Source: Cycas panzhihuaensis (taxonomy: Eukaryota; Plantae; Cycadophyta). From it: a stretch of DNA of 64,000 nucleotides. The stretch covers positions 189,479,741 to 189,543,740 of the forward strand of contig CM041465.1 in NCBI GenBank assembly GCA_023213395.1, read 5' to 3'. Each line of letters opens with the position of its first letter. Position 1 is the stretch's first letter. The translations under genes were made by a program, and so were the position numbers. Below are positions 50,660 to 64,000 of the stretch, piece by piece. The notes beneath the pieces were generated by a model that did not search any database, was not told where the DNA came from, and saw nothing but the letters and a program-made list of their open reading frames with translations.

Positions 50660-53600
50660 TGAAGGAACTTTAATAGTGAATGTAAGATTTTTAGAATCAT
50701 AGTTTAAAAATCTATAACTCTAATAGAATTCATAAATATAAGATATCAAAGATAATAATAAGCATTAAATAGAAAGACAATAGAATTTCCAAGTAGATTT
50801 GTCCACCTTAATTTTCTAATTTCATTCATTAAGAATAATCTTCACAAATGTCTCTTTGTACTTATATACAATATATATGATACACATTAATATATAAATC
50901 TATTCAGTAATGGTTCACCAATGAATTTATAATGGTATGAAACTTGTCACATCCCTATTTAGGACCTAAATAACTCATGTGATTCATCACTTTATATGGG
51001 TTTATCCTCACATAAATTCATCATATTTGAATTTGTCCATATATAAATTCATCCCTAATATGAACATTAGTTTCCACACTCCCCCTTAATGTTTACATCA
51101 TTGGTTTTAATACTAATATATAATCTAAATTTATCAAATTAGCCTATTGTCAAAGTATCAAGCCTTATATTAGATTTTTGTTTTCCCTTTGTCTCAAGTA
51201 ATTAAGATTACTCAATGGTCTTCATGTACCATTTAGAAAATTTGTCAAATAGAATGACCTAAGGTTTTGACTATGTCTTCTAAGTATCTTCAGAAATTTC
51301 CTCCTCAATTTCTTCCTTGTTTAGCTTAGTCTTTGGATCAACAACCTACTAACTCAAAGAACTTGATTCAACCTATTCCTTGATCTACTTTCCTTCATTT
51401 TTTGAACCTTCTAGATGTTTAGATCTTGACCTTAGTCTATCACCTACTTATTAGCTTCATTGGAGATGGCATTTGTAACCTACTTGTCATCTTTATTAAT
51501 GATAACCTCCCTAGTCATATAACTCATATATTTGGTATGCTCACTTCTCTTCGTTATGCCTAATAAGAATGTCTTTTAAGATTTTATTAACTTCTTTTTA
51601 ATATTCATCTTTGAAATTTTGTATATAAATTATGCTTTTAAGATTCTAAGATGGATTATTATAGGTTTATGATCTGACCATTCTTCTTTAAGTGTTTTGT
51701 CCTATACAACTTTAGTTATGCTCCTATTTGTTAGGTAAGATATTATATGAATGACTTCTATCCAAAATACATTTAAGATAATCTTGGCCTTCATCAACAT
51801 CTTGGCATTTTCAATCAGCATCTTGTTTATTCTATTAGTTAACTTATCCTAATAAGAGTAGGCTATTAATAACTACTTGATGTCTTAGTCCTTATAAAAC
51901 TAGAAAAGGGCTCTAAAGATAAATTATCCTCTATTATTTAACCGTGGTACTTTGATCTTCTATCCACTTTCCTTCTCCACTTTCATTTTAAACTCCTTAA
52001 ATATCTCCAACACTTGAGACCTCTCCTTCAAAGGATAAATCTAGATTTCCTTAGAATAGTCATTAATAAAGGCCAAGAGATATTTTATATCTCCAAGCAA
52101 AGTGGCTAGCATAGGACCATACATGTATAAGTGTACAAGACTCATGTTTTCAGTTGCCTTTTCCTTTGGAAATCTTTCTTTTTATTGTTTTTCATTAATA
52201 CAAGAATGAAAAGTGCATTTCAATGCTTATAGTTTTGGGAGACCATGTACCATCCTTAATCTATTCATCAATAAAATATTGGTCTAGTCTAAATAACCCA
52301 TTCTTCTATTCCAAAATTGAGATTTATAAGAAACATCAGCAAATAAGGCTTTTTGGTTTATAGATTTACCTAGAAGTTGATACAAAGTACCATCTTTTAT
52401 ACCTTTTATAGTAATTTTGCCTTTCTAATTTTGAATTGTGGCTTCAACACCATTAAAGAGCATACTTAACTTATTGTCTTTGATATGACTGACTGGAATC
52501 AAATTTACTATCAATCCTAGTACATATAATACATCTTCAAAGCAATGATTTTCTCTATCAAGAGTAATAAATAGGACTATCCATATCCCTCTTACCTTAT
52601 ACATTACATTATTTCCCAATATAACAAGACTGCTAATTGTCTCCCTTGTATGCCTAAACTATTCAAGCATATTTGTCATATGTCTAGAGGTACCTAAATT
52701 AATATACCATACATCTCTAGAACCATCTTGAGTAGCTACAAAGAAGAGCTTGTTGCTATATTGAGATGAACTAGATGACTCATCATGAAATTGATTTCTC
52801 TGATCTTTTTTTTTCCTTAAATTAGCATATCATTTCTTATAATTCTTTTTGAAATCACTTAGCTTATTACTATAATAACATAATTTTTGTTGACCTCTTA
52901 AAGGTTACTATTACTGAGGTTCTTTAATAACTTTCTCCTATTTCATTTTGACTGAAAAAACTCCTGAGGACTCTCCTACTTTATCCATTAAATCCTATTC
53001 ATGCTAAAGTAATAATGCTTCTAGTTTATTAAAAGTAGTTTTTCCTACTTTCTATAATAGATAAAAGCTTGATACAAAGTTACTAAATTTACTTGATAGG
53101 ATTCTAAGCACAACTACAATAAGATCTTTATCATCCAAATCTTCTCTAATGTTTTCTAGCTAACTATTTATGATCTTAACTATCTGAAGATGTTCTAATA
53201 AAGATCCTATCATTTTTAGGTAATATAATTAATTATTTTAATAGTATTATTCTTGTATCATTTTTTGTTTCAAAGACTAAAATAATTGAATCACAAGCGT
53301 CTTTAGGTGCCAAGTATTTTTTAACATTCTCTATTAAAGGCCCACTGATAGATATGTTTAATAGTCCTAGTGCACAATTGAATTTATTTTCATATTCACT
53401 TCTCTCTAATAATGTGGCAATTTTCTCACCAGTCTTTAATCTCAATATTCAACCATGGTTTACAATGAATTAATGTATTTTATCTTAGATGACTTCTATT
53501 TAGCTTAGGTCATAGCAACTTCCATTTGGCTTAGGTCATACTATATATAAATATTAGGTTGCACCATCTTTAACTATAATAGCTTAGATTTGTAGTATTA

Positions 53601-54515
53601 ATTTGGTCACTTAACTAGGGTTTCTCTTCCTATAGGAAGTTTGAATAAAATGTTTAATGACAATTATATAGAATAATTGTACTGGTTATATCTACATCTC
53701 ATCTACTAGGGTTATCATGCAAATGAACTAGCTTATAGAACTATAGAGGGTGTCACACAAAAACTAAATAAGGATACATTTCCTTACCTTGGACTCTACT
53801 AAGCTTGATCAAATTCACTACATATGGCGCTAGTCTTAATTATTATTCAAATCAATATGATCTTCATGTTTTGGTTGTCTTTTAACAAGTCATAATAACT
53901 TTGAGCTAGTTGTAATTGTAAATGATTCTATTAACAAACTTTTAAATTAGGTTTCATCAAGTTGTAATTACTCCAAGTAGTGAGCTATGGATAGTCTTTA
54001 ATACACCTATAACATCTACTATAACTTACTCTAACCCACTCTAATTAGGTTTACAACTTGGCTCTAATACCAAATAAAGGAGCTCTAATACTAAATGAAG
54101 GAACTTTAATGGAAAATATAGGATTTTTAGAATCATAGTTTAAAAATATATAACTGTATTAGAATTCACAAATATATGACATCAAAGATAACAATAAGTA
54201 TTTAATAGAAAGACAATAGAATTTCTAGGTAGAATTAGTCTACCTTGACCTTATCATTTTATTCATTACGAATGACCTTCACAAATGTGTCTCTATCCTT
54301 ATGTATAATACATACAATACATATTAATATATAAATTTATTTGATAATAGTTCACCAATGAATCTATAATTATGTGACACTTATCACATCTCTATTTAGG
54401 ATGTAAATAATTATCATGACTCATGACATCACATGGGTTTGTCCTCACATGAATTCATCACATATGAATTTATCCACATATGAATCCATCCCTAATGTGA
54501 ACATTAATTCAAATA
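50660..54515 (-). mobile_element. Element G: Ty1/copia with gag-PR-INT but RT and most RH deleted
   Basis: LTRs 50660-51078 and 54096-54515; PPT 51079-51089; PBS 54082-54093; PR 'VWYINLGTSRHMTN' ~52680-52715; INT 'LVHLYMYGPML' ~52110-52140; RH tail 'DTLTIG*FDKFR' ~51125-51160. Confidence 0.9.
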
Positions 54516-55450
54516 GCAAGAGAAGGGCATATTAGTCTAACTAACATAAGTCTCTATTTTCTTAGTTCTTTCACCTTTTATGTATTTGCATCTTCCAACC
54601 CCACAAGCATCAGCATCTCTATTTATGTTATCATTAGGGCACTTCTTGTTCCTATTAATAAGAATAACTATAATCAGTTTAGATGTATGCCTTCTTTGTC
54701 TATCTTAGAAAATTATTAGGTTTTAAGGCATGAGATAGACAGAAATTGGGTCCTACTTATGTACTTTTATAACCTAATTGGATCATATAATTTATTTCTC
54801 TAACAAAGTTCTACCTATATAGCATAAGCTTTTCCTATGTTTCCTAATCTCTAGCCTCTGATTATGCACTATTAGTTGATAATATTCTATTAGATTTTGA
54901 TGATATCATTCTCTTTATATGCCACATCAACCTATTCCTTTTAGCATTGGAATATCTTTTGAAGATCTTTAAAATATATTATCATCATTAAAAGTGAGTG
55001 AGTCTCTAAGTAATTCTATTTAGAAACTTACTCACCACATCAAATCCCACTTAAAATTACACCTCCTTACCATGATCTATATGAATCATAAGTATAAAGG
55101 TACATAATAAAGAAGGTATAGATCAAAATTATGGCTAGCAACAACCTTGTTATCCATGAACAAAGATTGTATACAATGTAAATCCCATTTTTATCTCTTT
55201 TACTATTTCTCTTAATGTCTTATTAGGCTAAGCAATTCACCATTTAGACCCCCTCCTACTTAGCTTCGTACACCTTCTTGTAACTTCTCAAGACCTTTCA
55301 ATGTCTAATTTAACATAGAGTAGCCATTATCTATCTATATATAAGTGTGGCCCCACCTCCCTTGCCATTTCTTGACATCAAGTGCTTAATTTAATATCAA
55401 GTTCCTCTTAATTACTAGTTCATAAGGGATTTTACTTTCTACTCACCTCT

Positions 55451-55715
55451 TGTGAGAGTAATAATGAGAATTAGTAGAGGGAAATAATATCTCACAACAT
55501 ATATGGCTACAAAATTATGATCATTATAGATATAATCCTTGATGTGGTATTTATTATAGAGTCACTTCATCATTTAAATGCATTTATACTCTTAATATAG
55601 TTGTATAGGTGGAAATGACCTAAACCTACTACTATGTAACTGCTCTTATAAAAGCCATTTTGAATAAACCTTTGAAAAAACTCTCACCTAGACACCCCCC
55701 CTCTCAGCTCACATA
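55451..55715 (+). repeat. Possible solo LTR
   Basis: tgtgag...ctcaca(ta) ends, acaccccccctct near the end, flanks cctct/ccttt. Confidence 0.4.
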
Positions 55716-55949
55716 CCTTTATTCTTTACTTAGTTCACCCCACTATTATTTGATGAGTTGCCCATTTTCTTTACTATCACCTTATGAAACAATTGAATTA
55801 ATTATATAGTGGCCAACTCAATGCTTCCTTCCAACTTATAGACCTCTTCCTCCTAGGGGGAGGAAGCCTATCTTATTCACTAAGGATAATAGACTTTATA
55901 TTTATATGTTGTAATGGCTAAATAAAAACATCCTCAACCCATTCTTAAA

Positions 55950-56500
55950 ACTTAGTCTTAGATTTAGAGGTGAACTAGTTCATTAGATCCTTAGCTACAT
56001 GTTCTATATTTTTAACGAATTGGGCTTAATCTATAAACTCTTCATATTTTAAAGAAGATGGATCAAGATCATCTATCAAAGATTGCATTTTGACTATTAT
56101 TGATTATATTACATATTCAATTTCCCTAGTAGTAATGGTAACAACTTTGGCCTAGTCCACATTCATATCTAATATGTTCTATCATTTAGTTGTGAGAATC
56201 TTAGTCTCCTTAGCCTTCATAACATCTTCATGCTTTTAAGAGCATCAAATTTGGTAAATTCTTATAACTCCTACTCAAAGGAGTCCTACACTCTAGTAGA
56301 GACCTATTTTAATCTGTAAGTTATTTACTTTAATATAAATATTCTTCATATGAAATGCTAAAGATATGAGGTAAAGGTTTCTCATTTATTCATTGACTTA
56401 TCCACCAATAAGCTAATTACTTATAAGACTTTATGCCCTCTCATTACTTCAATCTTTAATTTTCAATATTATTATGTAGATACATTACATATTTAGCTAA
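55950..56500 (-). pseudogene. Highly degenerate gypsy gag remnant
   Basis: Weak 'YEEYLY...L..NRSLLEC' similarity to the retrotransposon gag core. Confidence 0.35.
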
Positions 56501-57240
56501 TTTTAGAGCTAAGGTTAGAGCTCTCTACTCCTTTTTTGTTTTTTTTTAAAGATAAAATAGTAGATGCAATTAAATTATAAATTTAAATATAGTATAAGAT
56601 GCTAAAGATCCTATAGGTTAAGTAGACATACTTGTCCAGTCTTTTACATGTAGCGCACTCAAAATAGTAGTGTCAGAATGAAGATTTTTCTTAAAGTTTT
56701 TTGTAGAGAGAAGTAAAACAAGAATTATAAGATAGCCATAATAGAATATCCTTCCTTGTATGGCCAAAAGTTTGATTAAAAGATGGGACTATTTTTTAGA
56801 AATAAGCTATAGTATAAATTTTCTAAATTCAATGTAAGATGGTCTTGAAAAGAAGAAACCATAGGTCTATCAAGTGCTAGTAGGTCATGAACCAAACATA
56901 TGTCATTGCCCAACTCCCTTTAATTATCCAAGAATGAAAAGCTAAGTGACTATCTCAAATTTTTATGAAGCCTTGGTCTAGATTAAAGATTTGAAAAGTA
57001 GTATACCAAATATCCTGGACTAGAGGGCATCTCTACTTTAATTAGAATATTCTCTTATGAAAGGCTTAAGTTTTTATCCCTTAAAACTTTATTTTTCTAC
57101 ACGATTTATTCTAATTAAGCATTTAGAGATCCAACATGGACCATTTGGCCTATGGCTAAATATAAGCTAACTACCTCTAGTGTTGTGTCCTATTTAATCA
57201 ATAATGAGATTAGTTTAATTTGCTTCTTTCGTTTTTATAA

Positions 57241-59798
57241 TGTAGCTAACTTATCCTCTACTATAACTTAAGTCTATAAATAAGAATAATAAAATAAGAA
57301 AATAAAGATGGAGATGGAAAGAACCAAAATAATACATCGTAGTAATCTTAAATAATAACCAATATTTGATTAATCAAATATTCCTTTACAATGCATAAAG
57401 TGGTATATTTATAAAAGAAATTCACCTTGAAACCTACCACTAATTAATTCTTAAGATTAACTCCTCTTATTATTTTATTAACATATGTCTAAGGTAACCT
57501 ATCATCTATTTCCTTTATTATTTAAGTAATATAATTCTAATCCCCTTATTCTAACCTAATTTCCAGTGGTGAGGATCACCACATATCCTCTCCCCTTAAA
57601 TGCCTTATCCTTGAAATATGTAAATACATAAATACATAAGATAATCACCTCCTACTATTGTTAGGATATTTAAGGTAGATACATCATACTTTTACAAATG
57701 TGTGGAGTTTATTATTATACCCATTATTAGAAGAGAAGGATACTTCATATACACATTGCCTACTAAATAGAAACATGCATTAAATAAGTGTGGCCATTTA
57801 TACTATCCATCACCATGAAAGAAATGGGGGCTCATGGTATAATAAATTAGAGATCCATAAAAGTAGAGACTCAAATATACCTATAAAGTGTAGAATAATT
57901 ATTCTTCCTTGATTGTGCCAAGATTATCTTTATTAGAGAAGGGAAAATGATATGGGAGTATCTAGACCTTCATCATAAGTTAAACCACTTTTCACTTTTT
58001 AGTCATTTTTCTTTAAAGTTTGGGTTTTACTAATTGAAGTATAAGCTTTTACTAGGTGGTCAAAATTCAGTCATTTTTATGCCAAAATGAAGGCTAGAGG
58101 CCCCATTGTAAGCTACAATTTTTTATTTGAAAAATTCTCTAAAGATGCATAAAAATCAAGATTTATTTTGTATGTCTAAAAATAGTAGTTAATTTTAGAG
58201 TAGTTTTTACTTTTATATAATAACCCTTAGTGGTCTAGTTTTTTTTAATAGGACTTGATATAGAAATATGATATTATTTACTATTTTATGTAATTGAGGG
58301 AATTTTAAGGTTAGGGTTACTTCCTGCTTTTTCTTGTATAAATATAATTTTAGATTATCTTTTAGTAGATTGAATGGAATAGAATAGAATTAGAAGTAAA
58401 ATAGCTCTCGTTATTCTTTAGCTCTTTATTGTTTTAAGCTTTTGCATATGAGATTGAATATTTTTCTTTCATGAAATCCTCATCAAAAAGACCAAATTAC
58501 CATATTAATAAGGAAAAGATTCTTCTAAAATATTTTCTTATTCAATAAGTAGCACATTATCTCATTCCAAGGTGAGGAACTCTAAGTTGATCATACTATA
58601 ATTTGGTGGAGATGTAAATGCAGGAAATTTAGGATGCTTATCTAAAGTTATTAAAATTTTTGCCTTAATCATTGGGGATTTAAGGGATTTAATTTTCCAA
58701 ACTTTTGCTTTTTGTGCTCTTAGTTCCTTTTAAATCTCTATCCTAAAAGATGCCTAATCAAGTTCTAGTTGTGAGTCACGCTATTCCCAAGCCTTTATAT
58801 GAAGGTCTTCCTCTAAGTATGCTATAGAGAATATAATTCTTACATAATCATTCTTGAAGTAATATCCTTCTAAGACTTTCTCAAATGTGGTAACCCGTTC
58901 ATAAAGTTGAACATGACCATTCATGCCAAAGCAAGGGAGCTTAAAGTCATGATCAGAAGGAGCAAATACCTATTCAAATATTAAAAAAATAGTCAAGAGA
59001 GTAATTATAATAATGCACTTTCCTTTTTTTTGGGTGATACTTTAATGAGATAAAGAAGTATTATAGCCTCAAAAGTAATGGTTCTTTAACTAAAGTTTAA
59101 ATAACCTCAAACTAATACAAAAAAATTATAATATAAACCCTTATGAATTGGAAGATTTAGGTTTAAGCTTTAATCTCTAATATAAAATAGTTCCAAACTA
59201 CATAAAATATAGCCCAAAATAATGACTCTAAATTGGGATTCCAATAATTCAAACATAATTAAACTTTTATACTTATAGCAAAAGTTATGCCCTTTTAAGG
59301 TGGGTCATAATTAAGGTTTTTAGGGAGTATAGTAATACGAATTAATAAAATGTAAATAACTTTTTATTCTGACTTCTAAGAAAACATAGAATTTCATATG
59401 TATAAAATTTAATGAGAAATTAAGATTAATTAGATACTTCTAGCTAAAGTTATATCTATTTGAAGTTGGGGTAGTAGATTTTAGGGCCTAAAGATAGTGA
59501 TAAACAACAAGCTGAAATTAAATTCCTTATAATTTTAAAACTTTTACTGTAAAATGTATAGTATAATAACTCAAATTTAATAGAATAGGCCTGACCATCT
59601 TGAATTTATAGTTACTTTTCTAAAATTTATCCATTTATATTCTAAAAAATAAAGATTCTTAATAGGCCAAAACCCTAGTCTTAATACCACTTGTAGTAGA
59701 ATTATTCTCTACTGTAGATTTTAATTTAAAAATAAGAATAATAAAATAAAAAAGAAAGAAATAGAAATGTAATGGAGATGGAAATAAAAAGTGAACAT
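57241..59798 (-). mobile_element. Element H: short gag-only non-autonomous LTR element
   Basis: 3' LTR 57241-57583; PPT 57584-57599; PBS 59678-59689; 5' LTR starts 59692 (homologous to 57241, lost after ~59790); gag-like 'FKLPCF..VTTFEKVLEGYYF..VRIIFSIAYLE' ~58800-58950. Confidence 0.7.
57948..58485 (+). repeat. Solo LTR of the F family inserted in H
   Basis: tgata..catca; reverse complement aligns along F 3' LTR (36496-37017 plus 42339-42400). Confidence 0.8.
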
Positions 59799-61399
59799 TG
59801 TTAGATCAGAATAGGAGGTCATTCCCATAACCTAACAAGTGGTCTAAGGTAATGAAACCATATAGGAAGGGATAAATTCAAACATTTTCCCAAGGCACTC
59901 ATGCATCTCATAAATGCAATTATTGGGACAAAAGATGATCTAGACTAGAGGTAAGTGTACGTGTATATGCTAAGGGGAATAAGAGAAAAGAAGTTACTAA
60001 ACTAATTAATTAACTAAGCTATCAACTCACTAGTTTAACAAAAAATTAATTAAATAACAAGTAAAATATATGGCATAAAGTAAAGGCTACTTAACTTAAC
60101 TATAAAAAAAAGAAATAAAAACAAACTAATATAATCAATAAGTATCCTTAAAAGAGCCAAACAATGACTAATAAAAGGGCTTTCAAGGTCTGAGAGTATT
60201 ATCAAGGCACATTTGTTCCTAAATTAAGATAAGCTTATGTGCTTAGTCCTAAAAGTACTATTTCATCATAAAAGTAGCTAACTTATCATGTCTTACCCTC
60301 TAACATGACCTATATCATGATTTAATCTAGAAAATAGGAAGGGACTACCTAGGGGAGAGGTGAGGAGGAGTAAGACCCTAAATTAGTGACTCTATCAAGA
60401 GTCAATTACTAGGGACTTGTTATTCTAATAATAATCTAAATCCTATATAATGGTGGAAGGCCTACAAGTACCCATGTCTAACTCCAACCAAGCCTCTTAA
60501 ACTTCCATTAGGATGAAATAGAGGATAATGATATTCTTTTAATACAAGTTACCTACTTGAAACACAATGTAAAAGATCTAACCCACCTTGAGTGTAAGGC
60601 CATTTATCTTATATATTGATGAAATCTAAGTAAAGACTATGATAACACCTTATTTTGACAAGGGGACACTATCCTAAAAATGAGACTATGGGGAAATAAT
60701 ATACAACTAATTATAACTATATACATCCTTATTTAAATTTAAAGAGTAAATAAAGCCTATTCTAAATGCAAATGTTTAGCCTTGCAAATTTGAGGATTCT
60801 CATCAAGTGTAAGGCCCCTCTACTCCAATTAGCCTAGTAATGAACACACACCCAATGCAATACAAATGTAGTTTCTTTCCTTTCTTTTTTTTTTTTTCTC
60901 TTATTTTAATCAAGCTATATGTAAGAGGAGGGTAGAGAAACCAAACATATAAATATGCATGTAAGAAAACTAGACTCTTTCCTCTGTTTTTTTTTCTTAG
61001 AAGTAAATAAGTAAAAAGAAAGGAAATGAAGGTCTTTCCTTCTTCTTTCTTCTTCTTTTTTTTTTTGGGAATAAAACTAGAATGAGAAGTGAAAAAAGAG
61101 GAATACCTATGAGACATACACCTATAAGACTCCAAAATAGATTACTTTTACTCCACTTTATTGCTTTTTACTTAGCCCTTCAATCTTTTAGGATCATCCA
61201 ATAGGACAAATGACAAGCAAGTGGAGCATATGCAACAGAAAATAAACATATGTAAAATTTGGCAATATTTTTGTTTAGTGGTTTTTACTATAACAAAAAA
61301 AAGAAAGTTAACTATTCAAAATTACTAGAAAAATAATCTTAAAGTACATTTTTGAAATGCATACCTTTAAAAGCTTCATAAAAAAAAAATATAGTGCTT

Positions 61400-64000
61400 C
61401 TACTACTGTAAAGTAACCCTTCTAATTGTGGGAGGGAAGATGAAGATGGGAGAGAAGTTACAACATATAATTCTTCAAATCCTACAAGCAAATGAAGTTG
61501 AGATATACCTCTACCACTGATCAAAAGAACTTAATCTTAGAGGCATTAGTGAAGAAGCTAGGATTAAAGATGCATTCATATCCAAAACCATATCCTCTTG
61601 GATGGTGACAAAAAAATTTAGAATTACAGGTTACTCACTAATGTAAGTTCAAATTTATAATTTCTAAAAAATTCATTAATGAAGTTGAATGTGAAGTGGT
61701 TCATTTGGATATTTATTAAGCTATATTTGGCAGCCTATATATCTATGATAGAGATGGAGTCCATCATAGGAGGCTAAGAAAATTTCAACTCATCAAGGAT
61801 GCGAAATCATATTTGATCAATGCATCAAAGCCATAAAAGAAGATCTCCCTTATATCCTCCTAACGAGTAAATAGATTGATTAATGTTTGTAGGAAATTTA
61901 TGCTGCTGATGGTGAAGCAGAAGGTGGAAGAAAAGAAGCAAGTAGAGTCCTCGACATAGGTGCTAGATAGGAAACATTTGTAGAAGATTGAAGGCCTAAG
62001 GAATAGGTATACTAACATATTCTAGGAGCCAAAAGGTTGGCCCCCTAAGAGGGAAATTGAGCATGAAATCTAACTAGTTGTTGATTTACCTTTACCCAAT
62101 CTTAGTCTCTATCAAAACTCAATTTTGGAGAATGAAGAGATTAAGAAGTAGATTCAAGAACTCTTAAAGTAAGAAGTAATCAAGCCAAGTTATTCCCCTT
62201 GTGGTTCACTTATTATTTTGGTGCAAAAAAAAGATGGAGGATGGAGAATGTGCATTAACTACTAGGCTTTAAACAAGATCACCATAAAGAATAGACATCC
62301 CTACCATAGATAGATGACTTGTTAGACCAACTATAGTCTATAAGATATTTCAACAAGTTGGACCTAAATTTAGGTTACCATCAGGTTCAAATCCAGGAGG
62401 AGGACACTTGGAAGACAACCTTCAAATTAAAGAAAGGGCCATTCAAATAGTTGGTGATGCCTTTTTAGTTTGTGAAATGCACCCGCCAACTTCATGAGGT
62501 TGATGAATGAGGTATTAAGATACTTCATTGATGATTTTGTTATTATTTATCTCGATGATATTCTGATTTTTAGTTTGACTAGGGAGGAGCACCTTTAACA
62601 TGTTGAGCAAGTGCTCAAAGTTCCTCAATAGTAGTAGATAAATCTTAACCTAAAGAAGTGCAAGTTTGAAGAGTAATCTCTTGTCTTCTTAGGTTTTGTA
62701 GTTGGAGAAGGAGAATTGAAGATTGACCCAACAAAGATTAGAGTCATTCTTATTTGGCCTACACCCAAGAGATCCACAAAGGTAAGAAGTTCTATGGGTG
62801 CTTATCAATATTTAAGAAAATTAAATTTTAAATTCTCTCAAATTATAGCACCTCTTCATGCATTAATAGGAGGGTATACAAAGATCCATTGGGTGAATGA
62901 ACAAGATAAAGCTTTCAAGCTTTTAAAGTAAAAAGTTTATGAAGTATTAGTGTTAACCGTACTCTCATTGCAAAAACCATTTAAGTTGGAGATTAATGCT
63001 TTAGGTTATGCCATGTCAGCAATGTTGAATCAAGAGGGAAGACCAATTGCATACCATTCAAAGAATTTTAATGGAGTTCTAATAAACTACCTAACTTACG
63101 ATCAGGAGCTCTATGCATTACACCAAGTAGTCAAGTATTAGAGACCTTACTTGTTGGGAAAAGAGGTGGTCATCTACACTGACCATAAGCCTTTATAATT
63201 CTTACAGATAATGTCTAAATTGTAGCAGGCCAAGCACATGAAGTTGATTTCCTATTTGTAGCAGTTCTACATCATGGTCAAATACAAGAAAGGCACATCA
63301 AACAAAATTGCAGACTTGTTGTCTAGACCTCTTTAATAGTAAGGTATTTCTAGCTCATTAGTAGCTATAAAATTTCAACCTTTTTACCACGATGAATATG
63401 TTGATTTGTGTATGGAAGATGAGGCATTCAAGCCTACATTAGAGTAGCTACAATAAGAAAAAAATAGTTGCTAATTTTTAGCTAAAAGATAGTCTACTTT
63501 TCAAGTATGAAAAGCTTTATATTCTAAAGCATGTAGACTGAATGAAGTAGGTAGGAGAAGCTCACATCTCTCGAGTTGTAAGACACTTTAAAGTAGGAAA
63601 ATCATTGCTAAATTTTTAGTGATATATGTATTGGCCTAATATGCAGGAGGATGTGACTATAGTAGTACGAGGATATATATTATATAGCATATTAAAGCTA
63701 ATTAATAAGAAGTTTAGATTATACACTCCACTTCATGTTCCATCATGACCATGGGAGAGTATCTTCATAAATTTCCTCAGAGAAATACCATAGAGCAAAA
63801 ATGGTATGGATTATTTGTTTGTAGTTGTTAAATAATTTAGTAAAATAGTGGTGTTGATTCCCTGTAAGAAGATACATACAACTAAAGACATAAATATATT
63901 ATTCTTCTAGCATGTTTAGAAGTAATTTGGGCTTCCCAACTCTATTATTTCTAATTGAGACAACATATTTTAAAGCTATTTTTGGTATACTCTTTAGAGA
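61400..64000 (+). pseudogene. Element J: Ty3/gypsy pol (PR-RT-RH-INT), 5'-truncated, runs off window
   Basis: YPKPYPLGW protease region ~61580; KKDGGWRMCINY; YLDD 62548-62559; RH FKLEINALGYAM..TYDQELYAL; INT PWESI ~63750. Confidence 0.92.

Noticed and set aside
59799-61400. Possible LTR or Tat-related non-coding block with a PBS-like string at ~60384
   Set aside because: No partner copy, TSD or coding motif to define it

Overview
AT-rich, CpG-depleted plant intergenic DNA made almost entirely of nested, decayed LTR retrotransposons. I found no intact host gene. The aRH arrangement and gag types suggest a non-flowering seed plant (inference). Left to right: (A) a long Tat-type Ty3/gypsy element (+) with gag-pol, a separate archaeal-type RNase H ORF after integrase, an antisense intron-containing plant-mobile-domain ORF, a repeated hairpin-AAACTAY motif and a truncated 3' LTR. 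(B) A gag-less chromovirus inserted in A with an ATCAA TSD. (C) An inverted, truncated relative of A. (E) A CRM-like gypsy (-) interrupted by (D), an RT-less copia. (F) A CRM chromovirus (-) whose 3' LTR holds (X), a 5.3-kb TG..CA composite with a TCAAT TSD. X has non-matching ends and carries fragments of two host genes (G-patch/R3H-like and EngB GTPase) plus a gag-only copia core. Further right are a gypsy gag remnant, (G) an RT-less copia with a PBS beside both LTRs, (H) a gag-only element containing a solo LTR, and (J) a gypsy pol running off the window. The most notable items are X and the covarying hairpin motif in A. All translations and alignments were done by eye; boundaries without TSD support are approximate.
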